A stretch of 64,000 nucleotides of DNA, taken from Histomonas meleagridis 2922-C6/04-290x (lineage: Eukaryota > Protista > Parabasalia). Of the stretch, positions 11,047-22,310 are shown piece after piece (within the stretch, counting starts at the first letter, position 1; each line of letters begins with the position of its first letter). The notes under the pieces are model-generated. The model did not search any database. It was not told where the DNA came from and saw nothing but the letters and a program-made list of their open reading frames with translations. The position numbers were made by a program, and so were the translations under genes. Where the stretch lies: positions 124,001 to 188,000 of the forward strand of contig JAANOX010000117.1 in the NCBI GenBank assembly GCA_020184695.1, given 5' to 3'.

Positions 11047-14000
11047 ATGCCGAATGATGATACTACCACCATAAATACAGGAGATAAAAAGTTGAACGAT
11101 CTATCAACCTGCTTGAAATTCCTAATTGAGCTTGAGAAAATTGTATTCAGTTTAACCGAAGAAAACTACCAGGTGTCGGTTAAAAAAGTATTGGAATTAT
11201 TTGATACAAATTTTCCAAACACATTTAATATTATTATAAGTAAATTAGTTTATAATACATTTTCATCACCAAAACATAAATATGATATTGAAAATGATTG
11301 AACAAAATTTAATTGATAAAAGTATTACTGAAAATATTAATTCAAAATATTTTGCTCATTATAAAACAAAAGAAGGAAATCAAAAACAAACCCACATGAC
11401 ATTTGGCTCTAATGGAAATGACCCAATTAAAAAATACTTTTTGGATCATTATGATGAACTTTCAAAGAATGATTGGGAACTTCATAAGAAATTAATTGAA
11501 GAAGGACATAATCCGATTGAAATTGCAAAAATAATTCGAAAAGATGAAATAGAAAACCTTCAAGAAATTTCATCACAAGCAAATTTTAATTTTAATCAAA
11601 CAATTGAACCATCACTTTATGAAAAATGTTCTTTTATTAATCAGAAAAATGTTACATTAATCAATTGATTATGCAGCATTTTTTTCTGCAGTTAAATGTT
11701 TTAAATATTTACTTATGAACGGTGCAAATGTGAAAAATGCAGATAAATAAGCAATTGCATCTGGAAACATTGAAATTATTCATTTATGCGAACAACATCA
11801 TTCATTATTTAGGGGTGCATATTGTGCAGCAATTATGTTTCATCAAAATGATATCTTTAAAATATATTTATGAGAATAAATTAGAAAAATACAATCAATA
11901 CCAAAAATATCTGAAGATAAAAACTAATAATTTGATAAGTTTTTGTATTAAAAAGATAATTATGAAACTTTAGCATTTTTGTCTGAAATAGGAATTAATG
12001 TTAATGCTGATGATATAAATGTATCAGCAAGAAATGAGAATTTATATCTCGTGAAATATTTCCTTCAAAATAATCAAATTCCAAAAGATATTTTGCCATT
12101 TGCTTCAGAATCAGAAAATATCGAACTTGTGAAATATGTTTTAGAACAAAAAGAAATTGATGTTAATGCAAGAATTATCCATTTGAAGAATTTAAAATAT
12201 GTTTTAATAATTTTATATATGTTTTAATAATTTGAAACAGCACTTCATATTGCAGTTAGAAATAATAATATAGAAATAGTAAAATTACTTTTAGATAAAG
12301 AAGGAATTGATGTTAATGCAAAAAATATTCATTTGAATAATTTTATATATGTTTTAATAATTTGGAATATGTTTTAATAATTTGGAATATGTTTTAATAA
12401 TTTTGGATATGTTTTAATAATTTTGGATATGTTTTAATAATTTCATATATGTTTTAATAATTTGAAACAGCAATTCATATAGCAGTTAGAAATAATAATA
12501 TAGAAATAGTAAAATTACTTTTAGATAAAGAAGGAATTGATGTTAATGCAAAAATTATTCATTTGAATAATTTGGAATATGTTTTAATAATTTGGAATAT
12601 GTTTTAATAATTTAGAATATGTTTTAATAATTTTGGATATGTTTTAATAATTTTGGATATGTTTTAATAATTTTATATATGTTATAATAATTTAAAATAT
12701 GTTTTAATATTTTGAAACAGCAATTCATATAGCAGTTAGAAATAATAATATAGAAATAGTAAAATTACTTTTAGATAAAGAAGGAATTGATGTTAATGCA
12801 AAAATTATTCATTTGAATAATTTTATATATGTTTTAATAATTTGGAATATGTTTTAATAATTTAGAATATGTTTTAATAATTTTGGATATGTTTTAATAA
12901 TTTTGGATATGTTTTAATAATTTTATATATGTTATAATAATTTAAAATATGTTTTAATATTTTGAAACAGCAATTCATATAGCAGTTAGAAATAATAATA
13001 TAGAAATAGTAAAATTACTTTTAGATAAAGAAGGAATTGATGTTAATGCAAAAAATATTCATTTGAATAATTTTATATATGTTTTAATAATTTGGAATAT
13101 GTTTTAATAATTTGGAATATGTTTTAATAATTTTGGATATGTTTTAATAATTTTGGATATGTTTTAATAATTTCATATATGTTTTAATAATTTGAAACAG
13201 CAATTCATATAGCAGTTAGAAATAATAATATAGAAATAGTAAAATTACTTTTAGATAAAGAAGGAATTGATGTTAATGCAAAAATTATTCATTTGAATAA
13301 TTTTATATATGTTTTAATAATTTGGAATATGTTTTAATAATTTAGAATATGTTTTAATAATTTTGGATATGTTTTAATAATTTTGGATATGTTTTAATAA
13401 TTTTATATATGTTATAATAATTTAAAATATGTTTTAATATTTTGAAACAGCAATTCATATAGCAGTTAGAAATAATAATATAGAAATAGTAAAATTACTT
13501 TTAGATAAAGAAGGAATTGATGTTAATGCAAAAAATATTTATATGAATAATTTGTAATATGTTTTAATAATTTGTAATATGTTTTAATAATTTGAAATAT
13601 GTTTTAATAATTTAAAATATGTTTTAATAATTTGAAACAGCACTTCATATAGCAGTTAGAAATAATAATATAGAAATAGTAAAATTACTTTTAGATAAAG
13701 AAGGAATTGATGTTAATGCAAAAACTATTCATTTGAATAATTTTGGATATGTTATAATAATTTAAAATATGTTTTAATAATTTGAAACAGCAATTCATAT
13801 AGCAGTTAGAAATAATAATATAGAAATAGTAAAATTACTTTTAGATAAAGAAGGAATTGATGTTAATGCAAAAAATATTCATTTGAATAATTTAGAATAT
13901 GTTTTAATAATTTTATATATGTTTTAATAATTTTATATATGTTTTAATAATTTGGAATATGTTTTAAGAATTTAGAATATGTTTTAATAATTTGAAACAG

Positions 14001-14092
14001 CAATTCAAATTGCACAACAAAAAGGTTACACAGAAATTGTAAATTTACTTCATGCAAAAAAAACAAAAAATTCTAAATGTCATCTTCAGTAA
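11047..14092 (+). pseudogene. DUF3447-type/ankyrin gene with a disrupted N-terminal half and 9 expanded cassette arrays
   Basis: Paralogous motifs are split over several frames (breaks near 11290, 11665, 11810; in-frame TAA in ADK*AIASG). They are followed by near-identical 90-nt ankyrin segments and a terminal TAA at 14090-14092. Confidence 0.7.
12177..13996 (+). repeat. Two-level tandem repeat: 90-nt ankyrin segment + n x 20-nt unit ATATGTTTTAATAATTT-NNN (n = 3,7,8,8,7,8,5,3,6)
   Basis: Insert lengths 60, 140, 160, 160, 140, 160, 100, 60, 120. Variation is almost confined to the terminal triplet. Confidence 0.95.
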
Positions 14093-14523
14093 CATCAAAT
14101 CATCAATTTCAACAATAAATGGTAATGAGGCATATATTGCTATTAATCAAAATCAACTCGAAGGTCGGATGTTCACAGAAAACAATAAAAAAAAATGTAA
14201 ACATAATATAGCTAAACTCTTTCGTTGCCACCTGAAATTCTAAAAATATGGCAAGAACGTATATGTTTTTCGAAAAAATGACAACACACCTTTTTTAAAA
14301 AGTGACTACAAAAAAAAACTCTATCGGAGCGGTTATTTTCGTAATCACAAAAAGTTGTTGTCATATAAAAGTGACTTTTTTGAATTCTTCCCTCAAAACG
14401 TAATAAAATTAATGTTTGATTTCTGAAAGCTCTTTATGCCACCGCATGAGTAGAAATATTTTTTCTATTTTTTAAAATTGTGATATAATATTAGATTCCT
14501 CATTCGACAAACTTCGATATTTG

Positions 14524-14702
14524 ACTGAGTCTGTTGCCATATTTGAGAGCTATCGTTACCACATTTAATATACAATTTAATTTACTAAGTTTGTTGCCAT
14601 TTTGACTAATAGATTTTAAATTGCTATGCTTGCTCAGCGCGACTTAGTCAAAATGGCAACAAACTTAGTGAAAATTATTCAAATATATCAACAAACTTAG
14701 TT
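14524..14702. repeat. Nested inverted repeat (perfect 26-bp arms 14584-14609 / 14644-14669 plus degenerate outer arms)
   Basis: ACTAAGTTTGTTGCCATTTTGACTAA and its exact reverse complement, 34 nt apart; related copies near 14524 and 14681. Confidence 0.85.
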
Positions 14703-14936
14703 AAAACTGAACGATGAGATGTTGGAAATTGTTTTGGTTTATTCTTCAAAAATTAGCGTTTTTTTAATTAATGGAATGTTTCTTAAGGATTTGTGATATG
14801 AAAAATGAGCGTTGCCACATGGCAAAAGATTTTGGAAATGGCGTGTTAATCGGATCGAAAATCATAACTAAATACCCCAATAGTTCGATAAATTTCTTCA
14901 TCAATGAAGGAAAGACTGTTTCTCCTCGTAACGTTG

Positions 14937-15300
14937 TTATGGTTTAGTTAGATCCAAAAATCGTTCAGCTCGATATTTTCCATGTTGAATTAATGTGTTA
15001 AGTTGCGAATGTAAAACTTGTGCAGGAATTTCAAACTTTCCATCCCATTCCGGGTGAAGAGATGATTGAGATTCAAGAACACCAAGGGTTCGAAGATGTG
15101 AAATTAATGAAATTAAGATGTCTGGTGATATGTAACTGTGATCAGGAAAATACATTTTACCAAATGTCACAACACGAGCAATTGGAATGCGCGTTTTCTC
15201 ATTTTTTTATATTCTGGAGAATCAATAAAGAGCTCTTTATCTCCAACGAGACAGATCTGTCAATATCTACCTTACTAGAGAATTGTTTGTGGCGAGACAT
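14937..15300 (-). CDS. Hypothetical ~120-aa protein with one homopolymer frameshift
   Basis: MSRHKQFSS...LQNIK joins EKTRIPIARVVTFGKMYFPDH... if one A is removed from the A7 run (T run at ~15202-15208). Confidence 0.4.
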
Positions 15301-15496
15301 TAGATCCACAATAAATTAAGTAAATATCAATTCCTTTTTACTCAAGAAAAAATTTAATTTTATTTGATCTTTACATGTAGCTCTACATAGCAAAAATGTA
15401 ACAAAACGCCTTAAAATAGTTATTTTCGATAAAGTGCTCAAGAATTGAATGGAGTGAAATTAAAAATGAAAAACAATTTATTTAATGTATAATCTG

Positions 15497-16453
15497 TTAG
15501 TTTTCTCGTTTTGGTCCTCTTAGCGATTGTGAAAAATCAACAAGCACTTGTCTATTATCTATTATTGCTCTACGCATTTTCAAAAAAGCATTTTCAGCAT
15601 CTGATGCTTTTTCGAAATCTACAAATCCATAGCAAAGTGATTCGCCAGTTACTTTATCTCTAATCAAGTCAACTCTTTTCACTTCTCCAAATCTAGAGAA
15701 TACAATTTTAAGCCCATCTTCTGTTGTTATCGGACTTAGTTTACAAACAAAAAGTGACGTATCAGGCGGTTTTTGATCGGCGTCGGGAATGTCACCTAAC
15801 AATTCAAGGATTTGGGCATTTTGGCGTGCCTGGATTTTACTCATTTCTTCTTGGAATTGACTTTCACTCATATCTCGAATCACTTCATCATCTTCTAAAC
15901 GATCTCTTTCTTTTATTCTTTCATATGGTTGGAAATTTAATGATGATAAATCAGGCGGATCTGGAAATGGATCATAAAGGACCCGCGTTTCGAGAATCCT
16001 AATATTACGAATTGGTCTGTTTTCTTTGTCAACGGCTTCTCTAGCAATACCTTGAATTAATTCGAAATTTTCTGAAACTTCACCAAAAATCGATCTTTTA
16101 TCATCAAACCGAGAAAGATTTGAGCCAAGAGTAATGAAAAAATCTGATGTGTTTTTGTTTGCTCCTTCATTACATGTGCTTAAAATTCCAGCTTTTGAAT
16201 GTGTTAATTTTTTTGATATTTCGTCTGGAATATATGCATTTTCTCCAGTCATAAGGGAGTATATTGTTGTTCCTCCCTTGCAAGGGAGTTGTTCTAATTT
16301 AATAAAGAAATTTTCTATAATTTGGCTGAAAATTGAATTTTTGTACCATCCGATTTTACATAATTTTAAAAAATTGAATCCAAGCATTGGGGCAGATCTT
16401 AAGTATAAGTCAACAACAAATGTTCCTCGTGTTGTAACAAAAGCGACTGACAT
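15497..16453 (-). CDS. PPIL4: Cyclophilin + RRM protein (PPIL4-like)
   Basis: N-terminal cyclophilin (TTRGTFVVDLY..NFLKLCK..SDFFITL) and C-terminal RRM (LFVCKLSPITT..SLCYGFVDF..IDNRQVLVDFSQS). Confidence 0.9.
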   Translation of the reverse strand: MSVAFVTTRGTFVVDLYLRSAPMLGFNFLKLCKIGWYKNSIFSQIIENFFIKLEQLPCKGGTTIYSLMTGENAYIPDEISKKLTHSKAGILSTCNEGANKNTSDFFITLGSNLSRFDDKRSIFGEVSENFELIQGIAREAVDKENRPIRNIRILETRVLYDPFPDPPDLSSLNFQPYERIKERDRLEDDEVIRDMSESQFQEEMSKIQARQNAQILELLGDIPDADQKPPDTSLFVCKLSPITTEDGLKIVFSRFGEVKRVDLIRDKVTGESLCYGFVDFEKASDAENAFLKMRRAIIDNRQVLVDFSQSLRGPKREN

Positions 16454-16521
16454 CTCTGCTTATGAGGCCGTTTATTTGATAAACGTTCTCTTTGTCACTT
16501 TTATTAATAAACGGCTACAAC

Positions 16522-18057
16522 ATGAAATCGAATTCAGACTTTGTTTTACATTTAACAGAAGCACAAGTAAGAGAGGTTTTTGAAAAAATTATGAAGGATG
16601 AACGGGAAAAATTAATTAATGCTGAATGTGAAACTGAATTTGTTTCAAAATCTGATTTAAAAGAAATTAATAATGAAAGCAGTCACTCACAAAAAAAAGA
16701 AGAATATATAATTGAAAATAAAGAAATTTATAAACCAAAACAATCTCCAAATAAAAGAAAAATTAGAAGAAAAATTCCATCATCGTCTGCTTTTGATGAT
16801 TATTGTCTACTAAAAACCAACAAGAAAACAAAAGAAGAAATAAATGAAATTGTAAAAAGACTTACTCAACCACCTCAGCCTAAAAAAATTGAAGATTCCA
16901 ATATCAAGAAGCCTCAAAAAAAATCCAAACAATATATTGAAGAAATGTGTAGGCGTCTCTCTGAACCACCTAAATCAACGCAACAAGAAACATCATCGAA
17001 AAAGCAAACCAAGCGTAAATCAGATTCACAAATTTTTGAACGTCTCTATAATTCATCTGAAGAAAAAGAGAAAAAGATCAAAGAACTTAAAAGAGAACAA
17101 GAAGAACAAGAAATCAAAGAATATGTTGATACGAGACCAAAAAGCAACAAAAAATCGAAAGAAATTTTTGAAACGAAACTCATCGAATACTTTAATACCA
17201 TTTGTGGTGAAATTAATGAAATTACTTTTGAAGACTTTCTGACTCTTATTAAAAAACTAAACCTTATACCTAATAATGTTAATTCGCTTCAAAATCAGCC
17301 AATAATTTATGAAGCTTCAAAGTCATGGATACTTAGAACTAACGATGATGAATCAATTATTTATGATGGACAAAAGTTTAAATCATCAACAATAGAAGCT
17401 ATCCAACATGCAAATAAAGGGAAACAAAATAAATTCGAACTTTATGTTGTTCAATGTTTAATGGAATCGATTTCACAATCAAAAAAGAAAAAAACTGAAA
17501 CCGAAAAAAACGATAAAACCGTAGAAAATAAACCAATGAAACAGAAAACGATTAAAAGACTTTCAAAAGCAAAAAATCCTCAAAAGAAACATTTATTACC
17601 GAAATACAAAGAACATCCAAAATATATCTCAATTGGTGATGAACCACCACCAGTTCCACCACCAGAAATGACAAATAAGATATTACATGACTCAAAATTA
17701 GGAAATCTTCCATTTGAGCAACGCGAAGAAGAATTAATGAAAAAACGAAGTTATAACATGCTTAAAATAGAAGAAGAAATGTATCATTTCGATGAAATTA
17801 AAGCAAAACCTGCACCAAAATTGTCACCCAAAATGCAACAAAAACTTGATGAATATAAAATGATGAAAGAAGAAGCAAAAAATAAAAAAGAATTAAATAG
17901 ACCAAATATTACAAGTTATGAAGAATACCAAAACATAAAGAAAACATATGACATGGCAAATAGACCAAATGGTTGGAATGAGCATATCGAAAGAATTAGA
18001 GTTTCTTATCAAAAAAATGAAAATATGAAGAAACACAATGAAAATGATGAATTATAA
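16522..18057 (+). CDS. Lys/Glu-rich hypothetical protein
   Basis: Long open frame with RL(S/Y)xP-like repeats; first in-frame ATG at 16522. Confidence 0.7.
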   Translation: MKSNSDFVLHLTEAQVREVFEKIMKDEREKLINAECETEFVSKSDLKEINNESSHSQKKEEYIIENKEIYKPKQSPNKRKIRRKIPSSSAFDDYCLLKTNKKTKEEINEIVKRLTQPPQPKKIEDSNIKKPQKKSKQYIEEMCRRLSEPPKSTQQETSSKKQTKRKSDSQIFERLYNSSEEKEKKIKELKREQEEQEIKEYVDTRPKSNKKSKEIFETKLIEYFNTICGEINEITFEDFLTLIKKLNLIPNNVNSLQNQPIIYEASKSWILRTNDDESIIYDGQKFKSSTIEAIQHANKGKQNKFELYVVQCLMESISQSKKKKTETEKNDKTVENKPMKQKTIKRLSKAKNPQKKHLLPKYKEHPKYISIGDEPPPVPPPEMTNKILHDSKLGNLPFEQREEELMKKRSYNMLKIEEEMYHFDEIKAKPAPKLSPKMQQKLDEYKMMKEEAKNKKELNRPNITSYEEYQNIKKTYDMANRPNGWNEHIERIRVSYQKNENMKKHNENDEL

Positions 18058-18270
18058 AATCATTTAATGTTTTGTTTAATAAAAATGTTTTAAGTTTCGC
18101 ATATTAAATTTAATTTTAGTTTAAAATAATTATTAAACAGGACATTAATTACAGGAAAAAATGTTCAATAATTTATAAAGTATTTCTTTTATGTTTAATA
18201 CCCAAAAATAAACATTTTTATTGAGTGTGAAATTAAAAGAAGTTTTCAATACATTTTTATAAAAACATAT

Positions 18271-19947
18271 TTATTCATGGTTATTAGATAATTGCACATT
18301 ATTAATTTTTTCCATGCACAACTTAGCACTTAATCTTGTCGCATCAATTTGATCTGTTTCAGCATTTTTTATTAATTTTTGAAGCATTTCTTTAATATCA
18401 TTTGGTGGACTTTTTAGTATTAAATCTGAAAACGTCATCAAAAAAGAACATTTTATAAATGAATTTCCGTTTTCGAATTTATTTATGATAAAATGAATAA
18501 CATTTTCATTAAACCAATTCCAACCAAATATCGAAACATACTCAACAATAAATTTACCTGCTTCAATTCTTTCATTAAACGGAGCAGATATTGTCAATTC
18601 CAAAATTTTATTTTTAATTTCAAATGTTTCTTCGATAAAATTTTTCCAATTTTCTGATTTCATTAATTTTATACAAATTTTAATACGTTTAATTCGAAAC
18701 AAAACATTTTTAGAATCTAATAATGAAATCAAAGCTTCTTTAATAATATCTTTATTAATACTTTCATTATTTAAATATGGAACAATTTTTTTTAGTATTA
18801 AATATTTCAAGTTTTCGATTTGATGTAATTTTAAAAAACTTAAATATTGATTAAATTTATTATGAAAAGAAGCTTTTGGATAATATTTTAATAGTGAAGA
18901 CCAAAGTTTTATTGATAATGCTCGAATGTTCTCATTAAAATCATTCATGCCGTTTTGGAAAATCGAAAAAATATTATTCAAATCAGATTCCAAAAAATAA
19001 TTCACAGATAACGAAAGAGATTTTAAACCAAGCGCTTTAACTTGATTTATTTTATCTTGACTCAATGCTATTAAAGGTTGCGCAAAAATTCGTGGCTTAG
19101 AAGAAGATTTAACAAAAGAAAAACAATTCTCAGCAAATGCATAACGAACATACCATGAAGTATCATTCGAACACTCAATTAAATGTTCGGCATTTGGATA
19201 TATATGAAAATATATTTTTGGTATCTTCGATACAATAGTTATCGATTTGGTTCGTACTTTATAATCGTTGTGTTTAAATGATGGGATTAATATTGTTTGA
19301 AGAAGTTCTTCCGGATTACGTGATATACGGATCAAATATTGAAGTGATTCTAATAACTGAAAAAGTATAAATGTATTATTGTGTTTCGATAAGGTTAAAA
19401 CTTTTTGTTCAATTTGTGTCGAATTATTATGTTTTATAAATTGCGATAAATATGATTCCATACGGATTAATAAAACTTGTGAATTAATATTGGCATGAGA
19501 TTGGAGATCATTTAAAGCTGAAATAAAATATTTTTCGATTATATTTTGATCATATATTGTGGAAATATGTTGACATAATTTCATCATTTGACTAGAAATA
19601 AAAATTGGATAACCATTGATAAGATTATAAATGAGTTTACCAAAAGATAAAAAAGTTTTTTGAGTGCTCTCTTTTTTAAAAAATAAAGGTAAAAAAGAAG
19701 CAAACCTGACAGCAGAACCTTTATATGCTAGGTCTATCCATGAGGAAATGAATGGGATTAATTGATCATTAATCATATCTTCAGTCATATTATTAATAAA
19801 AGTCGGAATTGCTTCAATAAAGTCTGGCTGTGCACCATCTTTATCTTGTACTATGTTTTGGATAAGGAGTGGAAGATCATTGATTGTGTAAAAGCGAAAT
19901 CCTAAAATTTCTCCCAAGTCAAATATAAGACGTTAATTTCTATTCAT
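18271..19947 (-). CDS. HEAT-repeat protein (PP2A scaffold A / PP4R1-like)
   Basis: HEAT motifs (DNDYKVR-like HNDYKVR, DTSWYVRYAFA, DFNENIRA). The putative ATG at 19947 is followed by an in-frame TAA at codon 5. Confidence 0.7.
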
Positions 19948-19993
19948 TGATTTTGGGGCGCTCCAATATTACGAAGTTTATGAAAAAGTGGTA

Positions 19994-22310
19994 ATGAACA
20001 AAAATGAAAAATTTTTTTTGGACAAACTTGAACGAATTATATTTAACATTGATAAAGAAAATATTAGTTTAGCAGTCCAAAAAACAATGGTTTTTTTTAA
20101 TCCCAAATATTCATATTCATTTAACTTTGTTATCAGTAATATGATTTATTATGCATTTTGTTCACAAAGAAATACTTTTGAAACATACTTAAAATATTTA
20201 GGATTAATTCAAATAGAAGAAAAATTATCCAAAAATTGTTTCAAAATTATTAACTTTTTTAAAAATTGTATTTGTAAAATCGAATCACAAGAAGCAAATT
20301 ATATAATTGAAGAAATGTTTAAACGAGGATATAAAATTAAAAAGAGTATTCAGAAAACAGTTTTAAATCCTTTTACAGAAAATTATGAAGAACTTTCAAA
20401 GAATGATTTTGAACTTCATAAGCAATTAATTGATGAAGGAGTTAATCCAAATGAAATTGCCAAAACAATTCGAAATGATGAAATCGAAAAACTTCAAGAA
20501 ATATCATCGCGAAGGAATTTTAGTTATAATCAAAAAATAGATAAATCAATTTATGAAAGATGTTCTTTATAAATACGAAAAATGTTACTTTAATTGATTA
20601 TGCAGCATTCTTTGGATCAATTAAATGTTTTAAATTTTTGCTTATCAATGGTGCAAAATTAACAAACACAGCTAAATATGCAGTTGCAGGTGGAAATGAA
20701 GAAATTATTCATTTATGTGAACAAAATCATTCATCTTTTAATAATGCTTATGAAACAGCAATTGAATTTCATCGAAATGATATCTTTAAATATATTTATG
20801 AAAATAAAACTGTTGAAAACAATAATTTAGAAGAACTTGAGTTAGTAAATAAATGTATAGAATATTACAATTTTGAACTTCTCTTATTTTTGGAAAAAAA
20901 AGATTTGAGTTTACTAAACCTCATTATTAAATCAATTGTATCTGGAAATTATTTCATTGTAATTCATTTTCTCAAAAAATATCCATACAAAATATGTTTA
21001 TCTGAAATCACAACATTTAATGGGAATGAAGAACTTTTTATTTATCTTGTACGTCATAATTATTTTATTAACAACAATAAAATTGTTTTCTAATTTTGTT
21101 CAAAAATTATTTTTAAAATTTGATATTTGTAAATAATATTTGGAATTTTTTTAAGTTTAAGACTGTCTTCTTAAATGCAATTCGCAATGATAATCATGAA
21201 TTATTGAGATTTCTTCTTAATAATAATATGTATAATGTTAAAGCTACGGATATTTCTTTGTTTTCTTTGAAGTTTGTCTCATCGTTTTAATGTTTCGATA
21301 AAAAATTTGGGAATTTTTCAAATTATTTAACACAGCTCTTATTTTGGCTTCTGTTAGAGGTAATAGAAAGATAATCTCAAAACTTCTTGAACAAAATGGA
21401 ATTGATATACTTGCAAAAAATGTTTGTTTGCTTTATTTCATATTTATTTTAATGATTTGTTATTTAACGTTAGTACTTGGAAATAATTTAAAATATTTGA
21501 AGACGCTCTTGTTATTGCATCTCAATATGGTAATACAAATTTAGTCAAATTACTTATTGAAGAAAAAATTATTAAATTAATTTCCAAAGATGTTTGTTTT
21601 TCATGTTTGATCTTTGTTTATTTTGTTTAGGGTGTGTTTCAATAATTGCTGGATCTTTTTTAATATTTAAATATTCAACGTATGGAAATGCTCTTTTAAA
21701 AGCATATAACAACAAAGAAATAGTTCAATTACTGCTTCAGAAACATATATTTACATATTTTAATATCAATCATCAAGATATTTGTTTATTTTATTTTATA
21801 TTTATTCTAATTATTTGAAATTTCAAAATAATATTTGGAAATTTAATACAGCACTTATATGGGCAATTGAAAAATGTCGCATAGAAACAGTTAAATTACT
21901 TCTTGAACAAGATGACATTGATATCAATAAAGAAATTTAATTTTTATAATTGTATCTTAAATGAATTATCTAATGTTTCGAAATAATTTTTGGAAATTAT
22001 TTAAATTATTTGGCACACCACTTATAATTGGATCGAGAAAAGGTTATGTAGAAATAGTTAAATTTCTTCTTGAACAAAATAAAATTAAAGTTGATATTAA
22101 AGATATTTATTTATTTTATTTTATATTTATTTTAATAATTTAGAAATAAATACTAATATTTGGAAATAATTTAAAATATTTGATACAGCACTGAGAGTAG
22201 CAACATCTCATAGGCATAAAGAAATTGAAAAATTACTACGTGAGAAACTTCGTATTTACCATCAAACGAAAAAAAACCGAAAAGGAAAAAGAATTCATGA
22301 TATAAGGTAA
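19994..22310 (+). CDS. DUF3447-type/ankyrin-repeat protein with 7 codon-cassette loops; one frameshift at ~20570
   Basis: Same family motifs as 154-2507. A single-T loss (TCTTTATAAAT) splits the two ORFs. Ankyrin segments stay open to TAA 22308-22310 after spacer removal. Confidence 0.75.
21085..22184 (+). other. Seven codon-cassette inserts (21085-21161, 21252-21331, 21422-21501, 21592-21686, 21780-21847, 21935-22014, 22105-22184)
   Basis: Lengths 77, 80, 80, 95, 68, 80, 80. Triplets give KDGK, ENGN, HVGE, DRLK(+YSTYG), YEGN, VNGG, YRGD. Confidence 0.85.

Noticed and set aside
12177-13996. CRISPR array
   Set aside because: Eukaryotic context, 3-nt 'spacers', embedded within coding repeats, and no cas genes.
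21344-22143. Stand-alone mini-ORFs (MFxxxIWK...TAL...hydrophobic tail) or TM tails after each repeat
   Set aside because: Many copies have in-frame TAA in this frame. The apparent conservation and hydrophobicity follow from the 20-nt periodicity and T-richness of the spacers.
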